DNA of 64,000 bases from assembly GCA_965213705.1 (NCBI GenBank), contig OZ243913.1:3040001-3104000 (forward strand), written 5' to 3'. Shown here one piece after another: positions 44,402 to 56,600 of the stretch. The notes below the pieces were generated by a model that worked only from the letters and a program-made list of their open reading frames with translations, was not told where the DNA came from and searched no databases. This DNA comes from Trueperaceae bacterium. Lineage in GTDB: Bacteria; Deinococcota; Deinococci; Deinococcales; Trueperaceae. Every line of letters begins with the position of its first letter. Position 1 is the first letter of the stretch. The position numbers were made by a program, and so were the translations under genes.

Positions 44402-44464
44402 CGGGCCACGGTTACAGGGCCTGCAGCCGCTGGGCTACGGTCACCGGGCCGCACATTTTCGCCA

Positions 44465-45379
44465 CTAGTCTTGTAACCGGGCAAAGTCGGACGCGCTCAG
44501 GGGCGAACGCGCGGCTTCTACGTTCGCGCGCAGGTGGGCCACACGGCTCGTCCCCACGATGGCGGTGTCGACGCGCTCGTCGGCCAACAGCCAGCGCAAC
44601 GCGCCGGCGGTGCGCGCGCCGGGGTCGCCCAACGGGGCCAAGTCCATACGCCGCGCCCGCGCCCACTTGGCGGCCCAGTCGGGGTGTTCGGGCTGCTCGG
44701 CCAAGTCCGCAACGCCGTTGGCGACCGGCTGCTTGACGATGACGCCCACGCCTCTGCGCCGCGCTTCGTCCAACAGAGCGCCCGAGTCCTGCTCGAGCAC
44801 GCTGTATGAAAGCTGCAACGTTTCAAAATCTCCCGAGCGCAACGCCCACCCGGCCGCTTCGCCGTCGGCACTCACGCCGAGGTGCCTCACCAGACCGTCC
44901 GAACGGGCCAGGCGCAGACCCTCGAGCGCTTCACCCGAGTGCAGGACTGAAAGCGGCGGCGAGTGCAGCTGGACGAGGTCGAGCGTGTCGGTTTGCAACG
45001 CCGCCAAGCTGCGCTCGAGCGAGGCGTAGACGCCGGCGGCGCTCCAGTCCTCGTAAACTTGCCAAACGCCGCCGTCTTCAACCTGGTAACGCCCGACCTT
45101 GGTCGCCACGACGGTCTCGCCGCGCACGTCGGCAGGCGCGGCAACTAAGACCTCGCCCAGCAGCCGTTCGCTGGCCCGGTAGTCGGGAGCGGTGTCGAAA
45201 AAAGTGATGCCCGCCTCGAGCGCCGCCCGGACGACCCTTTTCAGGTCGGCCTCGCCGCGCTCCTCACAAAACCCTATCGTCGCCCCGCCGAAACCGAGGC
45301 GCGACACGAGCAGGTCGGTCGCGCCCAGCCGGGCGTGCGTTGGTGTACCTTTTGTCGTTGCCGTACCCTTTTCGGCCAT
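44465..45379 (-). CDS. Aldo/keto reductase
   Basis: GITFFDTAPDY, VATKVG, SLERSL..LQTDTLDLVQLH, LGVS. Confidence 0.92.
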   Translation of the reverse strand: MAEKGTATTKGTPTHARLGATDLLVSRLGFGGATIGFCEERGEADLKRVVRAALEAGITFFDTAPDYRASERLLGEVLVAAPADVRGETVVATKVGRYQVEDGGVWQVYEDWSAAGVYASLERSLAALQTDTLDLVQLHSPPLSVLHSGEALEGLRLARSDGLVRHLGVSADGEAAGWALRSGDFETLQLSYSVLEQDSGALLDEARRRGVGVIVKQPVANGVADLAEQPEHPDWAAKWARARRMDLAPLGDPGARTAGALRWLLADERVDTAIVGTSRVAHLRANVEAARSPLSASDFARLQD

Positions 45380-45505
45380 GTGCCTGCCCCCCGTCGCCCC
45401 ATCATGACATGACGACCGCCGGAGGCCCGGGAAGCCGCGGCGAGTTTCGAGGCTCGAGCCCCAAAGCCGCCCGCTCTCCCGCGAGAAGTTGGGCAAGTTT
45501 ACTTG

Positions 45506-45539
45506 GCGGTACCCCCTCAGAACCTTGCGGGGGTACCGC
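45506..45539. terminator. Hairpin after the SDR gene
   Basis: GCGGTACCCC ... GGGGTACCGC stem. Confidence 0.45.
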
Positions 45540-45562
45540 TTCGTCGGTCTTTGTTTGTCACC

Positions 45563-46253
45563 TCAGCCGGGTCGAACGACTATTTCGGTGGTTGCCGCCG
45601 TGCGGGGCAGCGCCAGGGCGCCGACGAGCACCTGCGCCACGTCGTCCGGCTGAATAAAGGTGTCCGCGTCGTAGCTCTCCCCTTCCATCTCGCGCACCTG
45701 GCGCTGCATGGGGCTGGCGGTGCGGCCGGGGTAAACGCTCACGACGCGGACGCCCGCCGCTTTGACCTCGTCGCGCAGGCTGTCGGCCAAAGCTTTCAGG
45801 CCGTGTTTGCTGGCGGCGTACTGGCTCCAGTTGCCGCGCGCGCTCAAGCCCGCGCCCGAGTTGATAAAGGCGATTTGGCCCTTGGCAGCAAGCAGCCGCG
45901 GCAACAAAAGCTGCGTGAGCAAGTAGGGCGCGCGCAAGTTGAGCCGGTAGTGCCGGTCAAACGTCTCGACGCTGAGGCTCGCCACCGGCCCCAACGCCAC
46001 CAGCCCGGCGCTGTGAACGAGGACGTCGAGCGGGCCTCGCGCCCCGAAATCTGCGCAGAAACGGTGGACTTGAACGTCGTCGTCCAGGTCGACGCTGTGA
46101 GGAACGGCCCCCGACCCAATCTCTTGGACGGCGTCCGCCAACTTCCGTTCGTCCCGACCGAGCACGTGGACCTCGGCCCCCGCCGCCGCCAACCGCCGCG
46201 CCGTCGCCAAGCCGATGCCGCTGCTGCCGCCCGTGACGAGCGCTACCTTGCCG

Positions 46254-46264
<11 letters not shown>
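45563..46264 (-). CDS. Short-chain dehydrogenase/reductase
   Basis: [22 protein letters not shown]. Confidence 0.93.
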
Positions 46265-47121
<857 letters not shown>

Positions 47122-47144
<23 letters not shown>

Positions 47145-47424
47145 GCCCCGTCACCTCCCCCCAAGCCTGCTCTACGGCGGCAACGGAGGCGTGCGCGGGA
47201 CCGTTTTTGAGCTTGACGAGCAGGGCTTCTAAGTCTGCCCGCAAACCCTCGGCGACGACCTCGACCCGGCCGTCGCTCAGGTTTTCGGCGTAACCCACCA
47301 AGCCGAAGTCCAGGGCGTGCCGTCTTACAAAGGCCCGGAAGCCGACGCCCTGCACGTCGCCGGACACCAGCAAGGTGAGGCGTTCTTTACTTTGGTCGGG
47401 ATAGGGTTCGGGATGGGCGGTCAT
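47122..47424 (-). CDS. acyP: Acylphosphatase
   Basis: [25 protein letters not shown]. Confidence 0.93.
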
Positions 47425-47477
47425 GACGCGGTTCGCGACTGCTTTCTCATGGATTGGATGTTATCTTAACCTTGCGT

Positions 47478-47605
47478 GGGCAGGCGTAGCGCCGACAGGT
47501 GCCACGCCTGCCCTGCCGTTGTAGATAACCTTTGTAGACAACCGTTGTGGACAGCCGTTGTAAGTCGTCGTTGTAGACAGTTGCTGTCAAGAGCCGCTGT
47601 AGAAA
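47478..47605. repeat. Hairpin followed by seven 13-bp tandem units upstream of the TamB-like gene
   Basis: GGGCAGGCGT...ACGCCTGCCC (47478-47513); units near consensus gccgttgtagaca (47515-47605). Confidence 0.8.
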
Positions 47606-47622
47606 GCCGCACAGACCCCCTT

Positions 47623-50600
47623 ATGGACGTTCAAACACCCGCGCCCACCGACCATCCTGGGCCGCCGCGTTTTCTAAAGTGGAGCCTGCCCGTCCTCGTC
47701 GCGGGTTTGCTGCTGGCGTTGTACTTTGCGCCGCAACTGCCCGCGGTGCGAGGGTGGCTGTTGTCGCAAGTTGACAGCGCGGTCCCGGCGGGCTACAGCC
47801 TCGACTACAGCAGCAGCGGCGGCAACCTGTGGAGCGGTATCGAGTTCGGCGGGGCGAACGTGGACGGTCCCGGTTTGGCGGTCGAGGCCGACACGCTCAG
47901 CCTGGGCTACTCTTTGCCCGCGCTGCTCACGGGCAGACTGCCCGTGTCGGTGACGGCCGAAGGTGTCCGCGGCAGGGTCGCGCTCAAAGACCTCACTGTA
48001 GGAGGTTCCGGCAGAGGTTCCAACGCCGCGCCCGTCCGACCCGTGTTGCGCGACCTGAGCCTCAAAGACGTCAACCTCCGGCTTGTCGACGTGCCCTACA
48101 CCCTGCCCGACCTGAACGTGACAAACCTGCAAGCACGGCCCGTAGGCGACGCCTTTCGCGCCGAGGCCACCCTGAAAACGGCCGAGGGCGAGGCCGTCGT
48201 CAACGGCACGCTGGCCCTGAACCCGCTCCGCTTTACCGCCGACGTGCCCCGCCTGGACGCGCGCGTGGCGCGGCAGTGGTGGCGGGGCATTACCGGCGGC
48301 ACCCTGGCCGGCACGGTGAGCTACGCGGACGGCCGCCTGCGCGCCGACGCCAGCCTTCGAGACGGCAGTCTGGACTTTTTGGGCGAGACCGCGTCGGGTA
48401 TTCAGGGCGACGTCGCTTATGAGAACGCCACCGTCCGCGCCGACCTGACCGGCGCCGCCCTGGGCGGCGAGGTGACGGCCGCCGGCAGCGTGGACGTCGC
48501 GGCGCTGCGCTGGTCAGCCGAGGCGGTCGGCACCGTGAACTTGCGCGACGCCGTCCTGTGGCTCGCCGCCGGGCGCGTGCCGGTCGACGTGTCCGACGTA
48601 GGGCTGAGCGGCAGCGCTCAAACCCGGCTGAGCGCTGAGGGCTGGCGCGACTTCACGCTCGACGGCGCGGCCACGGGCGCGGGCGACGTGGCGGGCTACG
48701 CGCTCGAGGATTTACAGGTCGACTACAGTTTTGACAGTGATACAGGCGCCCGCGTCGACGCCACGGCAAACTTGGCCGGGGGCGACGTCACGGCCAGCCT
48801 CACGCCGCAAGCGGACGGCTTCTCGTTCGACTTCGGCGGTGCAGGCGTGCAGCTGTCACCCGCGGTCAGGGCCGACCTAGAAGTCGCCCTGACAAGGTCG
48901 CCGGGCGGCCTCGCCGGCACCACCGAGGCCGCGCTGACGGGCACCCTCCTCGACCAAGCCCTGAACGTGACCTTGGGCGGCGTGTTCAAGCCGGACGTCG
49001 TCCAGGCGAGTGTCGACGGAACCGCGCTCGGCGGGCCGCTCACGGGCGCGGGCTCGCTCCAGGGCGGCGCTGTGGCGGCGCGGCTCGAGCTGCCGGGGGC
49101 GGTCCTGCCCGGCCTGAAACGTCCGGTGGGTCTTGAACTCAGCGCGACCGGCCCCGCCGACGCCCTCCCCCTCACTTTCACCCTCACGACGCCGGAGCCG
49201 ACCGGGCTGGTGCTCGGGCCGCTCACCGTTCCCAAAGACATCGGGGGGCAGGCCAGCGCCACGCTGCGCGGGACGCGCCTCGAGGACCTCAGCGGCCGCT
49301 TCGGCACCTTGACCGTGGCGGGCGACCTGGGCCCGGACGCTTCCGGCAACTTGAGCTACAGCTTGGCGAACACGCCCCTAAGCGGCGTCGTACAGGGTGA
49401 GGCGAGCGTCGACGGCGTGTTGACGCTCGCCGACAGGGTGCTCGAAAGCAAGGCGACGGTGACAAGTTCGGACCTGCGGCTAGCCAACCTGACCTTGCCG
49501 CCGCTCGCCGCCGCCGAGCTTGAAGTCAGGCGTGCCGACACCTGGACGGCGACGCTCACAGCGCCGGACGAAACCTTCAAGCTCGGTTACGGCGGCGGTG
49601 ATGACGGCGGTGACGACGGTGACGCTTTGCGCGTGACCACGGCGGACTATCCGGTCACGGTCGCCGGGCAAGCTCTCACCCTCACGGGAACCGGTAAGCT
49701 GGCGGCGGCGGACCCCTTGGGCTCGCTCGACCTCGCGCTGAACACGCAAACCCCGTTCGGCGACGTGACGCTGACGGGCGGGGCGGCGGCGCTCCGATAC
49801 ACCCTCGAGACCCCGACCCTCGGCCCCGGTTCCCAACTGACGGGCACGGCAAACCTGCTCGAGCGCACCACGAGCTTGAGCGGGCGGCTCGGCGCTTTGG
49901 ACGTTGCCGGGACGGGTCGTTGGGACGACAGCTTGGACGGGACGCTCACCGTCGAGGGCGGCGGCGAAAAACTCGAGCTGCGCGTTCGCGGCCAACCGGC
50001 CCAGCCCAGTTTGGCGCTGACCGGGCGACTGCCGCTGAACCTCGTCGGCGACCTCTTCGGCGTGACAGCGAGCGGCACCGTGAACGCCGACCTGGTGCGC
50101 ACCGGCAGCCTCTATCAAGAAGGTCGTTATCGAGACGGCCGTTATCAAGGGAGCGCCGAGGTGGTGGGCACCCTTGCCTCGGTGCCTGTCGGGTTGCGTT
50201 TTTTAGGCGAGGGCGACACCCTCGGAGTGACGGGCGACGTGACGCCGTTTGCCGTGCCGCTCAGTCTCAGCGGTCGACTGCTTCCCACCATTGAGCTGAA
50301 CGGGGCGAGCGAACTGGGCCGTGTCGCCCTGGTTGAAACCGGCTTGACGGGCGCGGGTACCGTACCCGGCGGGACGTTTGCAGGTTTTACGCTCGAGCCG
50401 CAACCGTGGACGCTGGCAGGCGACTTGGCCGCAGGCACGGCGACGCTGTCGCTGCCCGAAACCGCTTCGAGCGTGAGGGTCGACCGGGGCGCGGCGGGCT
50501 GGCGGGCCACCCTCGACCTCGCCCAAACCCTTGCGCGGGGCGACAGCGCGGTGAGCGTCGAGACGAGCGGCACCTTGGCCGCCGGGTCTGCGGTGCGGGG

Positions 50601-53600
50601 AGAAGTCCGGCTGCAGACGCCCGCGGGCGACGCGACGCTGCCGTTGACGGGGTCTCTGGAGGGGCTCGAGCTGGGCGGCACCCTGCCCGCGCCGGTCGCC
50701 GCAAGCTTGCTCGGGTCACCCGTGGCTGTAACCGGCGACCTGGAGGTTGCGGCTCGGGCGCAGGTTGGCGGCGGGTTGACCTACGCCGCCACAGCCGCCT
50801 GGCAAACGCCCCGCAGCACGCTGACGGCGCAGCTTGACGGCGCCGGCACAAACTTCAATATCACGGCGGCGGGCGGCGGCCTCGACCTCCGTTACGGCCC
50901 CGACGGGTTGAGCGTGCAGGCCGACGGTTTTCAGCTCGAGCCGTTTCTGGGCGCGGCGGGCGTGCAGGGCAGTCTGAACGGCTCTTTGCGGCGCACGCTC
51001 ACGTTGAACGAAACCGGGGCGGGTTGGGACGGGGTGCTCACCTTGGACACGCGTGCGCCCGTTGCGCTCCAAGCAGTGCTCAGCGGCGCGGGTGAACGGC
51101 TCGAGCTGTCCACCGACTACGACGCGGACGCCCTGAACGCCCGAGCCGTAGGTACGCTCCTGCCCACGCTCGACCTCGCGCTGAGCGGCGCGTTCCGCGA
51201 CTTGGCGACGCTCCAGGGGCGGGTTGGCGGCACCCTCACCCGGCCCGCCGTGGCCGCCACACTGACGACGAAACCGCTGGACGTTCAGGGGGGCCTCGAG
51301 CTGAGCGTTCCCGCTCAAACCCTGACGCTCACGGCCGACTTCGGAAACGGCTTGAACGCGCCCGGTTTGAACGCGACCGGCCTAAACGCGACGCTGCAGG
51401 GTGACGCGCTCGAGCTTGAACTTTCCGAAGGCGGTTTGCAAGGCGCGCTCAGGCTGCCCTTCACCTTGGCGGGCGCAGAGGAAGTGTTGAGCGCGGAAGT
51501 CGGCGGCACCCTCAGTCGTCCGAGCTTGGACGGCACCTTGGTGGGCAACGTCGCCAGCGGCCCGGTCAGGGTCGCCGACGGCCGCTTGACGACGACCCTG
51601 AACCTCAGGCCTTCACCCTTACTGGGCGGCCTGCCGCTCGACGCGCCCGCGCTCACGGTGGCGTTCACGGGGGCGTTCGAGGGCGCGCGTGACCTGGCTT
51701 GGCAGGCGCAGGTCGAAGGTTCGGCCCAGTTCCAGGGTCTGCCGCTGGCGCTGGGCGGCACGCTTTCGGGTGAGGGCGCAAGCTACCGCGGAACCGTGAG
51801 CGCGACCCTCGCCGGGGAGAGCGTGCCGCTCACCGTGGCTGGGCAAGGTAGCGCGGTGCAGGTGCAAGCGAACCTCGAGGCTTTCAGCTTGGCGAGCTTG
51901 GCACCCGCCCTGCCCGTTCCCGTGACCGGGACGCTCGGCGGCACCCTCGACCTCGACACGCGCGCCCCACAACTCCTGTCGTTCGACCTCACAGCTTCGG
52001 GAGCGGTGCGGGGCCGCGGGTTCGACCTTACGGCCGAACGTACGGAAGGTGAACTGAGCGTCACAGGCGACGTTGCGGGCGCACCCTTCACGCTCGGTGA
52101 CGAAACGGGCGCTTACTCGTTCACCCTCGGCTCGAGTACGGACCTCTCGAGTTTGGCGGGACGGCTCGAGCTTGCCCCCGCGCTCCGTTTAGACGTCTCA
52201 GGACAGTATCTTGCGCAACCCCTCACGGCGACGGCGGCTTACGCGACTTCGGACGCAAGCTCTGGTACGGTGACCCCCGACACGGCGACCCCTGACACAG
52301 CAACCTGGGCGGCGGCGGTCGGCGACGCGACCGTTTCGGGCGACGCCAGGCGGGTCGGCGGCGTTTGGACGTTGCAAAGCGTCGTGAACAGTCCGGCCGA
52401 CGGCGTTTTGCCCTTCCAGGGGCGAGCCGAGGTCGCGGCGCGGGTCGAGGGCGGCAACGTCACCTTGGACACGCTCACGGCGAACACGGCGCTCGGCGGG
52501 CGCGCGGTCGGGCTCGAGCTGTCCGGCCCCGCCTGGCCCGCGCCCGAGCTGACGGGCGGGCTGGAGGTCGCCGGTTTCGGGCGCGGCGACCTCACCTTGA
52601 GCGGCGCCGCGCCCGGTTACGACGTCGCCCTGAACTACGACGGGCTCGTGTTAGCCGCCGCACTCACTCCGGGGTTGGCCGTTGAGACCGTCACGCTCGG
52701 CGGTGCGGGCACCTTGCCCGTCGGCGGGGGCGTCCCCCTGACCTCCGACTTGACCTGGACGGCGGCGGGCTTCAGCGGCAAGGCCGGCGCCGACCTCTCG
52801 TTCGGCAACCTCAGCGCCAACCTGACCGCCGTCGGCACCGGCCCGCTCGGGGTGGCGGGGCGCGCGACGTACCGGGGCCGGGGCGAAAGTCAGGAGGTGG
52901 CGCGGCTCGAGCTGGCCCTTTCCGCCAACCCCTTCGCCCGGCCCGGTCTGAACGGCCACCTCGCCTTGCAGGGTGACGTTGGACGGTTTCTACCCGCTTA
53001 CCGAACCCTCACCGCGACGCCGACGACCCTCACTGGACGGCTCGACGTTTCGGGCGAGGTGACGCGGCCGCGCCTCAGCGGCCCCGTGACCCTGCAGGGC
53101 GCGCTCGCTGCGGCGGGAGCGTTCGTTTGGGACGGGGCTGTCGGGCGGCTCGAGCTGTCCGGGGACGGTCTGGACGCGACCGCGGCGCTCCGCGCGAGCG
53201 GCTGGAGCGTCGCGGCGCGGGCCGACGGCCTCGACCTCACACCTCTCCTGCCCCAACTCGACGCACCCCGGCTCGGCGCGACGGTCACCGGCTCCGGCAG
53301 CTGGGGCGAGCCCGTCCTGCAAGTCGACGGCCTCACCCTGCAAACGCCGAACGGCTCGCTTGCCGGCGACTTGACCTACGACGGGGCGTTGAGCGGGCGG
53401 CTCGAGACCGACCTCGCCCTCGGCGACCTGAACCTCGGCCCGGCGCTCCGGGGACGCCTGACGGGCGACCTCTTGCTAACCGGCGATTCGGGCGGCTCCG
53501 ACCTCACCGGGACGTTGCAAGCGGTCTCGCTCGGGCTTGACGAGCAACCCGCCGTGCTTGACGGGCAAAGCGCCGGGCTTGACGGCACTTTGGTGGTGAG

Positions 53601-56600
53601 GGGAACGCTGGCCGCCCCCGACCTGAACTTGAACCTGCGCGGGGTGGGCGGGGCGAGCGGCACGCTTTCGGGTAGGTTCGCGCCGAGCCAAGGCAGCTAC
53701 GCGCTGACGAGTACCCTGACGCTGGGCGACTTGGAAAGCGACTTTGCCGTGAGCTTGAACGCCGCGAGCCCCGACGGTGTGAAACTCGGTGCCAGCGGTG
53801 AGCTGGCCTACCGCGACTACGCCGTCACGCTTCGCGGCGCGGCGGCCGGCGGCGATTTGACCTTGACCGGCCGTGACCGCCTGGAGGGCTGGCACCTCGA
53901 CCTCGTTCCAGCGGCGGCGCGGCTCGAGGTGCGCGGGCCGCTGGCCGGTCTCGCCGACGCGCTTGCCGGTAACCTGGCGCTCAGCGCCGCCTGGCCGCCC
54001 GCGGACGGTTGGCTCGGCGGCGGCGTGAGCGGTTTGGCGGTAGGGCCGCTTCAAGTCGGCGACGTGGCCTTGGCCTCGAGCGGCGCACGCACCTTGACCC
54101 TGGCCGGCGACCGCCTCGCCGCCACGGTGGCGTTGCGGGGGGGCGTCGCTTGGAGCGGTTTTACTTGGGACGTCGCGCGCTTGGACGCGGAACTGCCCGG
54201 GAATTTGGCGATAAGGGCCGCGGGCCGAGGCACCCTGACCAGCGCCGACTTGAGCACTGTCGTAAGCGCCCAGGTGCAGGGCGAGTCTTTGCAGGTTCCC
54301 GCCGACCTGAGCTACAACCGGGGAACCGTCACGGTAAAGAGCGACGCCGACGCGCTCGGCGGGCACGTCTTCCTGAACGCGCGCGGCTCGGCTGCAGCGG
54401 GCTGGCAGGGCGAGCTGGCGGTCGAAGCCAGCCTGAGCGGGGTCACCGCCAGCCTCGAAGGCACCCTGAGCGGAGCCTGGCAAACGCCCGAACTGGCGGC
54501 GGCGCTGAGGGTCAGCCCCGCGGCCTCGCCGACTACCGTTTTCAGCGGGACCGTGACGGCTTCTCCCGCTTCGCTCAGCCTGACAGGCGACCTGACCTCG
54601 CCGCTCCTCGAAGAGTCTTTAAACCTCGCGGGCACTTTTGCGGCCGAGCCCGCGCTGACCTTGCAAAAGCCTGACGGCGAAACCCTGACGCTGAGTACCC
54701 AAGACGGCTTACTGACGGCCACAGGCGCGCTCGAGCTGGCGGCGGGGCCGGTGCGCGCCCGACTCGCCGCCCTACCCGGCGCGGCCGCCGGTGAGGCCGG
54801 GCTGGCGCTGACCCTCGACGTGCCGAGTCTGGCCGGCCTCACCTTGGAGAGCGCGTTGCCCCGCGTAGCTCCGGCGGACTTGCCGGAGGTCCTCAGCGGC
54901 GGCCTCGTGTTTCGGGGCGGCCGGGACTCCCTGGACGGCACCGGGGGTGGTACCAGCAACACCGAGGGCAGCGTCGTGGTGAACGTCGCCGGGGCAAGCG
55001 CCGACGTGCGCGCGCTGAGCTTTGAAACGCCCGACGGTCGCCTCGAGCTGTCCGGCACCGTCGCGCCGCGCACCAGCCGCCTGAGCGGACGCTGGCAGGG
55101 CGCGGCGTCGGCGTCGGCCACACTGCCCTGGTTGGCGTCGCTGACCGACCTGAGCTTTGAAACCGAGCTGACCGGTGCCGAGCTGAAGGCGAGCGCGACC
55201 GGGAACGGCAGCCACCTGGACGCCCGCTACAGTTTGGAGACGCGAAACGGCGCGCTGGACGCGGCGCTCGACTTGCCCACGGGCAGCGCCCGCGCCACGC
55301 TCGTTTACGACGCCGCGCGCGGTCCGAGCGGCAGCTTGGCCTTTGCGGACTTCCCGCTGTTTTCAGGTCCCACGACCGGCGACGCTCACTTGGGTGCGGT
55401 CCTAACGCTCACACCCGAGGCGCTGTCCGGCACGGCCGACTTGGAGTTGGCCGGCGGAAACCTCACCTTAGACGGCAGCCTCGGCCTGGCAAGCGTGCTG
55501 CCGGGCGCGGTCGTGCCGCTGGGTGCGAACAGCCAAGACGTCACGGCGCGGCTCACGGACTTCGGCGTGGAAAACGTGCCCTGGGCGGCTCGGGTTCTGC
55601 CCTACGTGAGCGCGCCGCTGACCGGCACCGCCGCGCTGCGCGGTGGCAAGCTGTCGGGGCGGCTCACCGCGCCGGTCACGGTGACGGAAGAAACGCTGCC
55701 GCTGACCCTTACCCTCGGCGGCGCGTTCGGCGCGGTGGAGGCCGAAGGCACGTTGGGGCGGAGCACGTTCAAGCTCAGCCGTTCGGGCGGCACCGTGGCC
55801 GGGTTGGTGCGCTTTGTGGACTTTCCTTTGGACGAGGCCGTCGCGGCGGTCGCCGGGCCGCGCGAGGTGAGCGCGCAACTGACCGGCGCGCTGCGTTTCG
55901 AGGTGCCCGGAGGGGTGCTCGAGCAGAGCTACATCCGCTTTTCGAGCGAGCGCTTCGTGTTGGAAGAGGGCGGCGTCTCTACAGAAGGCGACCTCAGTTT
56001 CGACTTGGAAAACGGCGCGCTGACCGTCCAGAGAGCGTCGTTCGAGGGCGTCGGCAGCTGGCAGGCGAGCGGCGTCGCGTCCCGCAACCGCCTCGACCTT
56101 CGTTTCGACGCCCAAGACGCCGACTTCAGCCCGCTGTTGCGGCTCGTCCCGCAGTTGGCCGGGCTGAACGTGGGCGCGTTCGGCAGCGTACAACTCGTCA
56201 CCAGCGGCAGCCTGGTCAACCCGGTGGTGCGGGCCAGCAGTTCAGAGTTGGAGGTGCGTCTGGGCGGCTCGGCTTACCGCTTATTGGACACCGGGTTGAC
56301 CGTGCAAAACAGCGACTTCGTCACGTCGGGGCGGCTGGACGGCGTCGCGCCGCTGACCGGCAGCCTCGCTTTTACCGGCGGCGGCCAGGTCAAACTCGCC
56401 GCGCCGCGCCGCTTCGACCTCGGTTTACGCTTTGCAGGCAACCCCGAGGTGCCGGTTTTGGGCACCCTGGAGAGTGTCGAGGGCACGGTCAGCGTGCGGC
56501 CCGGTGAGCCCTGGCAAATTGCCACGACCGGCGTGCTCGGCAACGATTTCCAACTGTCGGGCAGCCTGAGCCCGCTCGACCTGCGCCTGACGGGTGAGGG